A DNA stretch of 64,000 nt, taken from IMG/VR virus record IMGVR_UViG_3300006793_000026, positions 4,956 through 68,955 of that record; one strand, written 5' to 3'. The notes under the pieces are model-generated. The model did no database searches. It saw only the letters and a list, made by a program, of their open reading frames with translations, and was not told the DNA's origin. The translations under genes were made by a program, and so were the position numbers. Within the stretch, counting starts at the first letter, position 1. Every line of letters begins with the position of its first letter. Source of the DNA: a virus. Of this stretch, positions 16,223-25,951 are shown piece by piece.

Positions 16223-18931
16223 ATGAAAAATGATACGTACTATGGGAATACCTCACATTGGGGTATCGGTGTCTGTGAGGATATAAGAGATCCATTACAG
16301 GCAGGTCGGGTTCGTATACGTATCTTTGGTATCCATACACCTGACAAGACACTCATACCAACACGGGATCTTCCATGGTCTCAGGTTATGACACCGGTCA
16401 ACAGTGCCAGTATCTCTGGTACAGGGACATCACCTGTCGGTATGCAGGTTGGGTCTATGGTCTATGGTATCTTCCTGGACAGTAGCTATCAACAGTTCCT
16501 GGTACAGGGTACGATGCCTGGTATTAAGAGTACCACAGACGTACAGTACGTGAACTCGGAATCTTCGGTACAGAACACTGACATTGAAGAGTTAGGTCTC
16601 AGTCCACAGGAACAGGTATATAACATCGCACGGGCTCAGGGGTTGAGTGAGAACCAAGCCTCTGGTCTCTTGGCCGCACTTGATACCCATGCAGGTTATG
16701 ACCCATTGTACGAAGGTGATAATGAGTATGGTATTGGTCTATGGGACAGTCGAGAGAAAGAATCATTAAGAGAGTTCGCAAGTTCTCTTGGTACCACACA
16801 CGAAGACTTTAAGACTCAGGTATTGTTCCTTGTTGAACAGGTACGTGGTATTACTTCCTATACGGTTGAAGACAATAATGGTGGTACTGTACAGAGATCG
16901 GTTGATACACCGGGTGATGCCGCAGCTGCTATTACCCAACAGAAGTTCTTCAAGGATCCTGAAGAGAATCGGGAACAGACAACCACGAGCGCAAATCAGG
17001 CCGCGGCTGCTTATAGTTCGAACCGTAATGAGGATGACACCGGTTCTTATCCAATCGCGATACCCGCCGAGGAACTGGATACTGGCTCGAACATACAGTC
17101 CGAAGAACATATTACCTATTTCTTTGAACAGGCCAGAGATGCTCGTCAGACGCCTGAATCACGGGTGGTTGGTCTTGTGGTAAATGCTGCACACCCTATC
17201 GATTATCCATACATATTAGGATTCGGTGGTGATGTAGGTGCCAATGCTGTTGAGGCTCTGAACGAAGCTGCTGGTGATGACAAAAACTATAAGACTCACC
17301 TTCTGATTGGTACTGATGGTAAGTTGATCGTGGTCAAACCCGCTACCGAAGGTCTTGATGCTGGGTTAGGTGGTACGACAACCGAAACCATTGAACAACC
17401 TGAAAGACTGATTGACCATATTGGGTCACTGTTCCGTCTGGGTGGTGGTGAGACCGGTAATGATGATAACCTTGACTTCGATATGGAATTCGAACTCAAA
17501 CTGATGTCCATGCTCAAAGAGTATCGGGATGATGGTAACCCTGTACCGACCCTGACCAGTGGTACCCGTACAGAAGAAGAGCAACGTATCGTCTCTAACC
17601 AAACCGAATACTTCGCCGCTACCCGTAACAAGTCTCGACACGAACGTTTCCAGGCAGTTGATTTCAACACTGTGGACGTAGTACGTATGAGAGATGGGGG
17701 TTACCTCGAAAGACACGGGTTACATCAGAGATATGGTGATCGAGATCCGGTACACATTGAAGAGATTGGTACCTTCCGTGATCCTCATACCGAATGGCCA
17801 TACGACGGGTTTGGTGTTACGATCCGCACAGTCCTTGACGCAAAGGTCCTTGGTGTAGAATTCGTAGGTACATGGGATCCCAATGAGGACTCCGGATACG
17901 CATCGAACTATACTGACGCTCAATGGGAAACCTATAAGATACTTGTACGTTCCTTCCTGTCCGTGTTCCCTTCTGCGTGGACCAAAGGGTTTGGTGCTCT
18001 TGAGCCACATCAGAACGAAGGTCGGAAGTCTGCTAATGGTTTCTATACTCCGTACTTCGATGTCGAAGGCTATTCTGCATCTGTGTTCTCTGATCAACGT
18101 GGTATACCTTCTGAGTCCCTGCAACCGACCGAAGAAGCTCCGAAAATTTCTGACCCCTCAAAGGTACCGGAGACCACGAGTCCTGAACCGGAAATAGCTA
18201 CGACACCATCTGATACATCTGATGCACAACCAGCACCGGAAGGAAAGATAGAACTTCCGAAACTGGATCCATTTAACTTCCCGACGATACCGACCCCGGA
18301 TGTGGGCGGACTGGGGAACATTGGTAACCTCGGTGACCTATTACCGGATGTTGGTGACTTTGGCGGACTGGGTGACGCAAGTGGTCTGGGTGATCTGATC
18401 GATCTGGGTTCGCTAGTATCTGATCCGGCATCGAAGGATGTAACTGCTACTGGTGGTAACGCTGATACCCTGAACAATGAACCTGGTTCGTACTATCTGG
18501 ACTTTAATAACTTTACGGGTCTACCATCTCCGGTGATTACGGTCAATGGTGATGCGACTGGTTCTGTTACGCTGAACGAACTGGGCAGTGGTACTCTGTC
18601 ACTCTCGATACCGGCAGGTGGTGGTTCGACCGTTACAGCAAATACAACATCAACCGGTCAGACAGTCATCTGGTCTCTTGATGCTACAACATTCGCTGGG
18701 GTTGAGTTGGTTCTGACCTGTACTGATACTGTCGCGACCGAACGTCACATTGTGAAGCTTCTGATCACCCATGACGGAACAACCGCTGTTGCGACCGAGT
18801 ATGGTACTGTGTTTACCAATACAAGTCTTGCGACATTCGATGTGGATATAAATAGTGGGAATGTCCGGTTACTGGTTACTGCCGCTAGTGCAAACAGTAC
18901 GGACTATGTAATCAACGTAACAACATTATAG
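16223..18931 (+). CDS. gp5: gp5 N-terminal part: OB-fold + lysozyme-like + amidase/M15 + fibre-type C-terminal domain
   Basis: GVCEDIRDPLQAGRVRIRIFGIH...DLPW..V...G..V.G.FLD OB-fold; domains detailed in the findings. Confidence 0.85.
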   Translation: MKNDTYYGNTSHWGIGVCEDIRDPLQAGRVRIRIFGIHTPDKTLIPTRDLPWSQVMTPVNSASISGTGTSPVGMQVGSMVYGIFLDSSYQQFLVQGTMPGIKSTTDVQYVNSESSVQNTDIEELGLSPQEQVYNIARAQGLSENQASGLLAALDTHAGYDPLYEGDNEYGIGLWDSREKESLREFASSLGTTHEDFKTQVLFLVEQVRGITSYTVEDNNGGTVQRSVDTPGDAAAAITQQKFFKDPEENREQTTTSANQAAAAYSSNRNEDDTGSYPIAIPAEELDTGSNIQSEEHITYFFEQARDARQTPESRVVGLVVNAAHPIDYPYILGFGGDVGANAVEALNEAAGDDKNYKTHLLIGTDGKLIVVKPATEGLDAGLGGTTTETIEQPERLIDHIGSLFRLGGGETGNDDNLDFDMEFELKLMSMLKEYRDDGNPVPTLTSGTRTEEEQRIVSNQTEYFAATRNKSRHERFQAVDFNTVDVVRMRDGGYLERHGLHQRYGDRDPVHIEEIGTFRDPHTEWPYDGFGVTIRTVLDAKVLGVEFVGTWDPNEDSGYASNYTDAQWETYKILVRSFLSVFPSAWTKGFGALEPHQNEGRKSANGFYTPYFDVEGYSASVFSDQRGIPSESLQPTEEAPKISDPSKVPETTSPEPEIATTPSDTSDAQPAPEGKIELPKLDPFNFPTIPTPDVGGLGNIGNLGDLLPDVGDFGGLGDASGLGDLIDLGSLVSDPASKDVTATGGNADTLNNEPGSYYLDFNNFTGLPSPVITVNGDATGSVTLNELGSGTLSLSIPAGGGSTVTANTTSTGQTVIWSLDATTFAGVELVLTCTDTVATERHIVKLLITHDGTTAVATEYGTVFTNTSLATFDVDINSGNVRLLVTAASANSTDYVINVTTL
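18847..18854 (+). promoter_or_regulatory. late promoter for the fibre gene
   Basis: TATAAATA about 100 nt upstream of GTG 18950. Confidence 0.6.
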
Positions 18932-18949
18932 ACACGGGGAAAGTGAACT

Positions 18950-21073
18950 GTGGCAAACGATAAAGATTTCAAGGTCAAGAATGGCCTAGTCGCTGGTGGT
19001 ACAATCGAGACCACTGTCGGAGGTGTTAAATTTCCTGATGGGACAACACAGACCACAGCGGCTACAACAAGTACAGAGGTGAATGACCTGACCTCTGCTG
19101 TGACATGGGCTAACGTACCAGCTGCGAATATAACACAGGTGAGTGTTACCCAACACCAAGCGGCTCTGAGTATTACTGAGTCCCAAATCTCTGACCTCCA
19201 AGATTATCTGACAAGTACTGACCTGAGCTCGTATGCACCTTTGGCATCACCGGCTTTGACCGGTACCCCGACTGCACCAACCGCAGGTTCTGGAACGAAT
19301 ACGACTCAGATTGCTACAACCGCCTTTGTGTCAGTTGCTATTGCGGATCTTGTCGACTCGGCTCCGGGTACTCTTGATACACTGAATGAACTAGCCGCAG
19401 CTCTGGGTGATGATCCTAACTTTGCAACAACCGTTACTGACTCGATTGCGCTAAAGGCACCTCTTGCTTCTCCTGCTCTTACTGGTACACCAACAGCACC
19501 GACCGCTACAGGTGGTACGAACACAACCCAACTTGCAACAACGGCTTTTGTTCAGTCAGCGGTCGGTGCGGCAGGTGGTGGTGACGTATCCAAGGTTGGC
19601 ACCCCGGTCGATAACCAGATTGGCGTATGGACCGGTGACGGTACGATTGAAGGTGACTCAGACTTTACGTGGAACGGAACCACGTTATACGTATCGAATA
19701 CCAGTACGTCATCTCCGGCCATGACTTTATCCACAGCGAATGATACGTCAGACGCTGCGCCTATCCTTGACTTTGTACGTACGTCTGCATCTCCTGATGA
19801 TGGTGACTATATTGGTCAGATCAAGTTTAAAGGTGACAACGATACTTCGGGCGAAGTCGTATACGCTAAGATTACTGGTAAGGCCTCGGACGTAACTAAC
19901 GGAACCGAAGACGGCCTTATTGAGTTTGCGGTGAAGTCAAATGGTTCGAATGTCATTGCGGCACGTCTAACTAACAATGACCTCAAGTTGCTCAACGGTC
20001 ATGGTATTACAATTGACAGTCCGGGTACTCTGACCGTTGCCGGAACAAATGTCATTACCGAATTGGGTACGAAGGCCGATCTGGCTTCACCTACTTTGAC
20101 CGGTACTCCAACCGCACCAACCGCTGCAGCTTCGACTAACACGACACAGATTGCTACAACAGCATATGTTCAGGGTGAGATCTCTGGTCTTGGTGGCGGA
20201 ACAGGTAACGTATCAAATACCGGTACTCCGGTTGATAATCAGATTGCGGTATGGACAGATGCCACGACAATCGAAGGTGATTCTGAGCTAACTTGGGATG
20301 GTAATACACTGAGCATTAACACCACCGGGGCCCCGAACGTTGTGATTGATGGAGGCGGTCCTCAGACTATTCAATTTAAAGAGAGTGGTAGCACAACTAA
20401 CTCTCCGCAAATCGTTCACCGTACAAGCCCTGATACCATAGGTATTGAGAAGGCGGTCGACAATACTAAGTTATTCACGTACGATATAGACGATGACTGG
20501 GCCTACTTTAAAGGTAATGTTGGTATTGGCGTTGAAGGTGCAACCGAAGCTCTCGAAGTGGTCGGTACTATTACTGCGACAACTGGTTTACATCTTGACG
20601 ATAATGTTGATATTACCCTTGGGACCGGTAGCGATATTCAGTTCCGGTTTGATTCCTCGAACCTTTATACTGACATTGATGTAGGTGATTGGTACGTTCG
20701 TGATGGTACAACCACAAGGTTTACGTTTGCACGTACGACCGGTGACTTTACCGCAACAGGTAACGTGACTGCTTACTCTGATCGTCGCCTTAAGAATTGT
20801 ATTGTACCGCTTAGTGTGACCGAAGCTATTGATAAGATCCGGCCTGTTCGTTACAATCGCCATGACCTCAATCGGTTTGAGTTTGGGTTTATAGCACAAG
20901 AAGTGCGTGAGTTATTCCCCGAAGTGGTGCATGAGAATGATAATGGATTGCTATCTATTGACTATAGTAAGCTGAGTGCTGTAGCCATTCAGGCTGCAAA
21001 GGAGAATAAGGCGAAGATTGAAGATATGCAAAAACAGATCGATGAGTTAAAAAAACTGATGAAGGGGCTGTAA
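18950..21073 (+). CDS. tail fibre with C-terminal intramolecular chaperone (peptidase S74)
   Basis: LASPALTGTPTAPT repeats, LDTLNELAAALG, SDRRLK, GFIAQEV, IDYSKL, coiled-coil end. Confidence 0.88.
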   Translation: MANDKDFKVKNGLVAGGTIETTVGGVKFPDGTTQTTAATTSTEVNDLTSAVTWANVPAANITQVSVTQHQAALSITESQISDLQDYLTSTDLSSYAPLASPALTGTPTAPTAGSGTNTTQIATTAFVSVAIADLVDSAPGTLDTLNELAAALGDDPNFATTVTDSIALKAPLASPALTGTPTAPTATGGTNTTQLATTAFVQSAVGAAGGGDVSKVGTPVDNQIGVWTGDGTIEGDSDFTWNGTTLYVSNTSTSSPAMTLSTANDTSDAAPILDFVRTSASPDDGDYIGQIKFKGDNDTSGEVVYAKITGKASDVTNGTEDGLIEFAVKSNGSNVIAARLTNNDLKLLNGHGITIDSPGTLTVAGTNVITELGTKADLASPTLTGTPTAPTAAASTNTTQIATTAYVQGEISGLGGGTGNVSNTGTPVDNQIAVWTDATTIEGDSELTWDGNTLSINTTGAPNVVIDGGGPQTIQFKESGSTTNSPQIVHRTSPDTIGIEKAVDNTKLFTYDIDDDWAYFKGNVGIGVEGATEALEVVGTITATTGLHLDDNVDITLGTGSDIQFRFDSSNLYTDIDVGDWYVRDGTTTRFTFARTTGDFTATGNVTAYSDRRLKNCIVPLSVTEAIDKIRPVRYNRHDLNRFEFGFIAQEVRELFPEVVHENDNGLLSIDYSKLSAVAIQAAKENKAKIEDMQKQIDELKKLMKGL

Positions 21074-21074
21074 T

Positions 21075-21716
21075 ATGGGATGGAAGGACGTATTATTCTT
21101 ACTAGTGGTTGGTATCGCTTTTTGGTGTACAAGCATTATTGCTGAGGCCGTGGCTCAAGACGAAAAAGGTCACCACATAGGAATTGAGAAGTTTGTGTGT
21201 ACAAACAGTAACGGACCAGCGGTAGGTACTGTTGTAGAGTTTGATGACTTTATTCTAACTGCAAATCACGTAACCAGCAGTTGTACCGATGGCCAACAAG
21301 AAGGATGGGAACGGTTTCCAACGTGGGACTTGGCAATTAAGTTAAAGACATCTATCGAAAACATAAAGGTACCCTTTCAGTGTATGTACCAACCGGAAGG
21401 ACGTAACGTAGCGTTCATCGGTTATCCGGCTAACTGGATCGGAATGCATAATTCTGAGGTCGCGGTTGGGGTTATTATGTCAGAAGACCCGCAGTTCATG
21501 ATAGCCAACGGGAGTCTACTCGTAAACGATGTTCAGCTCGCCTGGACTGATCGAGTACGTCCGGGCTACTCTGGTGGTGCGGTGGTTACTGGTGACCACA
21601 CGTTTGCGGGTATTGCTATCGCTGTTCAAAATAGCCGTGAACGTGGCAAACCTCGGGGTGCATTCTTTGTTCCGACTCATACTATTTGCGCAGCTTTTGA
21701 TACCTTGTATAAATAG
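21075..21716 (+). CDS. secreted trypsin-like serine protease
   Basis: N-terminal signal peptide; ILTANHV (His), WDLAI (Asp), PGYSGGAV (Ser). Confidence 0.75.
   Translation: MGWKDVLFLLVVGIAFWCTSIIAEAVAQDEKGHHIGIEKFVCTNSNGPAVGTVVEFDDFILTANHVTSSCTDGQQEGWERFPTWDLAIKLKTSIENIKVPFQCMYQPEGRNVAFIGYPANWIGMHNSEVAVGVIMSEDPQFMIANGSLLVNDVQLAWTDRVRPGYSGGAVVTGDHTFAGIAIAVQNSRERGKPRGAFFVPTHTICAAFDTLYK
21708..21715 (+). promoter_or_regulatory. late promoter
   Basis: TATAAATA followed by AAGGA SD. Confidence 0.85.
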
Positions 21717-21734
21717 TCATTAAAGGATGTTACT

Positions 21735-23714
21735 ATGGCGAATGACAAAAACAAGGGACTCAGACCAACTGCGGGTTTCCAGGATCCGACAGGGGCATAT
21801 CCTCGTATTGACTCACGGGATGGTGGCGGCTCTGATGTTAACCTTGGGTCTGTCGAACGTACAGTAACGAACAAGAACAATCGAGTCGGCCGTAAGTCAC
21901 TGACTGACTCGGCGTATTCGTCGAAGACTATCATACCTTCACCGGCTCAGTTCAATCCACAATATCCACATAACAATATCACGAAGACGCCCGGCGGTCA
22001 TGTCATTGAGTATGATGATACACCTGGCTTTGAACGTATTCACATACGACATGCGAATGGATCGGCAGTTTCACTTTTAGCGAATGGTGATACCGAGATA
22101 ATTTCTGAAGGGTCATCGTATTCCATTACGGCCAAAGACCATAACGTCATCGTTCGTGGTGTCTGTAATATTATTGTTGAGTCTGATGCGAATATACGTG
22201 TTAAGGGTGATACGAATCTCGAGTCCGACGGTGACCTTAACCAAGTGGTACGTGGTAACTATAACCTTGAGGTCAATGGTAATCACACCACTCGGGTTCA
22301 TGGGTACCTTGATGAGAAGGTTACAGGTTATCGTCTTGAAGAGACACGTGGTAACTCTGAGTACCGTCACTTGAATAACCATAGAGAACGTGTCGTTGGT
22401 ACACAAACGATCGAACTCGGCGGTAATTACTCATTCACCGGTGAGGGAACATATTTCTGTCGGACGTATGGTGAAGTTCAAATGTCATACCATGGTGGTC
22501 TTGTTACACTCAATGGTTACAATCAGGCGTCAACCGATCCTGAGACTGGAGAGGTTGTCGAAGCCGTTCCAGGTCTTGGTAAAATGGTCTCGAACGAATT
22601 CTTTGGTACGGACGCTCATCTTGCGACAATCAAGACATCCGGTGATGTGGACTTTGGTGGAACCGTAGTCGGTGGTTCAACGGCCGACTTTACTGGTCAG
22701 GTTACAGCCCCGACACTTCATGGTGACCTCGAAGGTACGGCTAAGAAGTCTGAATACGCTGATACGGCCGGTGCTGCTCCTGACGGTGCGGCATCTCCAA
22801 CTTCACCTTCTCCGGACACACCTGAAGAGTTTGATGAACGTCTGGTGGATCCAGAGTCTGTGCTGACGGTTACTGACGTTACGGGAACATCAGTTCCGTT
22901 AATTGTTGCGCTCGATCGTTCGGCCGTAAATGACTCACACGGTACTCGTAAGTTGTCCACGTCCGAGGTTACGTCACGTTGTCGTAATACAACACTCTTC
23001 AAGAATGGAACTTGGTTGGTCGATCAGATCGGACTTGGTTCAGTCAAAGAATCGATTCAGACATCGTCGGCTCAGAGCGCAAAACGTACTGGAGCAAAGA
23101 CCACGTTTGCGTCAGGTAAACGCGGTCTACCGAATACGAAGAACTCAAAGAACTTCCAACGTGTTGTTGGTGATGTTAATAATGTTATCGTTCCACCATA
23201 CGTCAAAATCACCGAGACGCCAGACCCATCGAAACGTCTGAGTTCGTCTTACTACGTATCTCATATGTTAGGTGGTGACTCAGAGGCGGCACAACTGGCT
23301 GGTCAGGTTGGTATGACTGATGTCGAGATCGCAAACAACATGCAGATCCTGGCGTATACCGCACTTGAGAAAATACGGAAAGAGTTCGGTGACATCTTCA
23401 CTATCTCTGAAGGTCTGTACGTTAAGTACGAAAATGAAAAATACGATGAGGACAGCTTCGCCTACGACCGTATGATCGGCCTTGGTTGTGGTATCCAGTT
23501 CCCAGAGAGTGACAACTCAATCTACTTTGATGTTGCCCAATGGTGTATGAACAATCTCATCTTTGAGAAGGTCGGGTTGAGTTATATCGACTATGATCCT
23601 GACGAAGTTAATGAGCCAACACTTCTCATATCGGTACGTACTGGCTCAAATAGTAAAACAACTTTCACTGAGTTCAATCACGTGAAACAGAGCGATAAGC
23701 TGGAGGAATACTGA
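21735..23714 (+). CDS. gp5: gp5 C-terminal part (beta-helix spike) with a degenerate M15-like C-terminal domain
   Basis: GFQDP.G.YP, YPHN...T.GGHVIEYDDTPG.ERI...H, V.G..N..V.G repeats. Confidence 0.85.
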   Translation: MANDKNKGLRPTAGFQDPTGAYPRIDSRDGGGSDVNLGSVERTVTNKNNRVGRKSLTDSAYSSKTIIPSPAQFNPQYPHNNITKTPGGHVIEYDDTPGFERIHIRHANGSAVSLLANGDTEIISEGSSYSITAKDHNVIVRGVCNIIVESDANIRVKGDTNLESDGDLNQVVRGNYNLEVNGNHTTRVHGYLDEKVTGYRLEETRGNSEYRHLNNHRERVVGTQTIELGGNYSFTGEGTYFCRTYGEVQMSYHGGLVTLNGYNQASTDPETGEVVEAVPGLGKMVSNEFFGTDAHLATIKTSGDVDFGGTVVGGSTADFTGQVTAPTLHGDLEGTAKKSEYADTAGAAPDGAASPTSPSPDTPEEFDERLVDPESVLTVTDVTGTSVPLIVALDRSAVNDSHGTRKLSTSEVTSRCRNTTLFKNGTWLVDQIGLGSVKESIQTSSAQSAKRTGAKTTFASGKRGLPNTKNSKNFQRVVGDVNNVIVPPYVKITETPDPSKRLSSSYYVSHMLGGDSEAAQLAGQVGMTDVEIANNMQILAYTALEKIRKEFGDIFTISEGLYVKYENEKYDEDSFAYDRMIGLGCGIQFPESDNSIYFDVAQWCMNNLIFEKVGLSYIDYDPDEVNEPTLLISVRTGSNSKTTFTEFNHVKQSDKLEEY

Positions 23715-24154
23715 TGGCACGTAAGTACGCAAACGATGACGCAAATCTAAATACTGGTTCTATCTTTACCACTCGGAACCGTGACTATTCTGATATCAAC
23801 ATGCTGTTTGAAGCCAATCCAAATACAGGTGACATCTATAAAGTAAAAGACGCTGCAGCTGTTAAGCAATCAGTAAAGAATATTGTCCTTACTAACTTTC
23901 ATGAACGACCATTTCAGCCGTTCCTTGGTGGTAATGTGCGAGCCCTTCTTTTTGAAAACATAACGGCATTCACAATCAACGAAGCCAAGACAGCATTGGC
24001 TAAAGCTATTGCTCGCCATGAACCTCGTGCGCAGGTAACTAGTATAAATATAGCAACCGGTACTGCAAATACAATTGCAGTGAATATAGTATTTCGGGTA
24101 AAAGAAACCCAACAAGTTGACACGATCAACATAAGCTTAGAGAGACTACGATAA
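23714..24154 (+). CDS. gp25: baseplate wedge gp25
   Basis: YSDI, D..AVKQSVKNIVLT...ERPF.P..G, EPR, LERLR. Confidence 0.92.
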   Translation: MARKYANDDANLNTGSIFTTRNRDYSDINMLFEANPNTGDIYKVKDAAAVKQSVKNIVLTNFHERPFQPFLGGNVRALLFENITAFTINEAKTALAKAIARHEPRAQVTSINIATGTANTIAVNIVFRVKETQQVDTINISLERLR

Positions 24155-25951
24155 ATGGCCACACGTATCAATCCAAGCCAGCTTGACTTTGAACAGATTA
24201 AGGCTGCGCTAAAGCAATATTATAAGGACTCAGGTGAGTTCAATGACTATAACTTTGAAGGTTCTGGTCTGTCTGCGGTTGTCGACGTCCTTGCTTATGA
24301 CACCCACATGAAAGCGCTAACTGCTAACTTTGCGTTGAACGAAGCGTTCCTTGACTCAGCGCAACTTCGTGGTTCGGTTGTGTCACATGCCAAGTCACTT
24401 AACTATCTTCCAGGTTCTCGTAACTCATCAACCGCTGTCCTCAATGTGGCCATTGCTGGCGCGGATCCTCTGATTACTTACAACCTACCAAAATACTCAT
24501 TGTTCTCATCGACCATCGATAACGTTGCTTATACGTTTTATACCCTTGACGAGTATGATACTAATCAAGCTGCTGGGTTTATCTTTAGTAACGTCAACGT
24601 GTACGAAGGCCGGCTGCTCACAAAACGTTTTATTGTTGATGCTGATACCTCGGCCAACCCGATCTACGTAATACCTGATGACAAGATGTACGTCGGATCA
24701 CTTGATGTTCAAGTGAGAGATGGTCTGGGTTCTGAGTCTATTACTCGTTACCGTCGGGCTTCACGTGTTGAAGACTTTGCTTCTGATCAGAATGTTTACT
24801 TTATCTCTGAAGCAGCAAATGGTTATTACGAACTGACATTTGGTGATGGTCTTATCGGTAAGGCTCCAGGTGAAGGTTCGGTTATTGAGGTCAAGTATCT
24901 TCAGTCGAATGCTGCTACGCCTAACGGTGCTGCTACGTTCTCGACATCTGATACTATTGCAGGCCTTACGTTGACTCCATCGATTGTACAGGTTGCGACA
25001 GGCGGTGCCGAAAAGGAAACACTTGAGTCTATTCGCTTTAATGCTCCTATGAGCTATGCATCTCAAGACCGAGCTGTCACTGAGTCTGACTTCACTGCAT
25101 TAATCAAAAACGCTGTTACGTATGTCGAATCGTTAAACGTCTATGGTGGTGAAAAAGCAGATCCGCCTGAGTTCGGTAAAGTGTTTATCTCGGTCAAGCC
25201 TTTTGGCGTCGATGCAATGACTGACGCTCAGAAGTCTCAACTACTAACTAATACCTTGAACGATCGTGTCATTTTATCAGTTACTCCGGTACTCATAGAT
25301 CCCATCATTCAGTACCTTGAAGTCACATCGAACTTTGTTTATGACGACGCGAAGACGCCTCTGACCGAACAGACTCTTGAGTCAAACGTGGCTGGGGTCA
25401 TTGAGACATACGGTGAAGAAAACCTACTTGGTTTCCAATCGCCATTCCGCCGTTCAGTTCTGACGTCTACGATTGACGCGTCAAATGATTCTATTCTTTC
25501 TTCGGATGTGGTTGTACGTCTTCAGGGTCGCGTTAAGCCGACTGCTGCGCAGCTCGGCGTTAATACACGTTACGATGTTGAGTTCACTAATAAGTTTGCT
25601 GAGCCATCGAGTGCAACGTATATCGTCGACTCTGATCCTTTTATTTACAGCGTCGAAGGTGTTGCGTATACGTGTTTCCTTCGTAACAAGACCGGCACGA
25701 AGCAACTTGAGATCTACCGTAGATCAGCTGCGGGTGAGTCTATTATTGTGGTTGATGATGCTGGTATTATCGATTACACACGGAACGTTATTAGTCTGAC
25801 ACCATTTGCACCAAGTCAAGTACAAGATTCTGACATTGGTATTCGTATTTCAATATTACCTGCGTCCCAGAATAAGATTAATCCAATACGTAATATACTA
25901 CTACGTTTAGACACAACTAAAACACGAGTGACTGCAGAAAAAGATGGCTGA
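24155..25951 (+). CDS. gp6: baseplate wedge gp6
   Basis: LDFEQIK, DYNFEGSGLS, NEAFLDSAQLR.SVVSHAK, FGDG..G, RAVT..D. Confidence 0.93.
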   Translation: MATRINPSQLDFEQIKAALKQYYKDSGEFNDYNFEGSGLSAVVDVLAYDTHMKALTANFALNEAFLDSAQLRGSVVSHAKSLNYLPGSRNSSTAVLNVAIAGADPLITYNLPKYSLFSSTIDNVAYTFYTLDEYDTNQAAGFIFSNVNVYEGRLLTKRFIVDADTSANPIYVIPDDKMYVGSLDVQVRDGLGSESITRYRRASRVEDFASDQNVYFISEAANGYYELTFGDGLIGKAPGEGSVIEVKYLQSNAATPNGAATFSTSDTIAGLTLTPSIVQVATGGAEKETLESIRFNAPMSYASQDRAVTESDFTALIKNAVTYVESLNVYGGEKADPPEFGKVFISVKPFGVDAMTDAQKSQLLTNTLNDRVILSVTPVLIDPIIQYLEVTSNFVYDDAKTPLTEQTLESNVAGVIETYGEENLLGFQSPFRRSVLTSTIDASNDSILSSDVVVRLQGRVKPTAAQLGVNTRYDVEFTNKFAEPSSATYIVDSDPFIYSVEGVAYTCFLRNKTGTKQLEIYRRSAAGESIIVVDDAGIIDYTRNVISLTPFAPSQVQDSDIGIRISILPASQNKINPIRNILLRLDTTKTRVTAEKDG

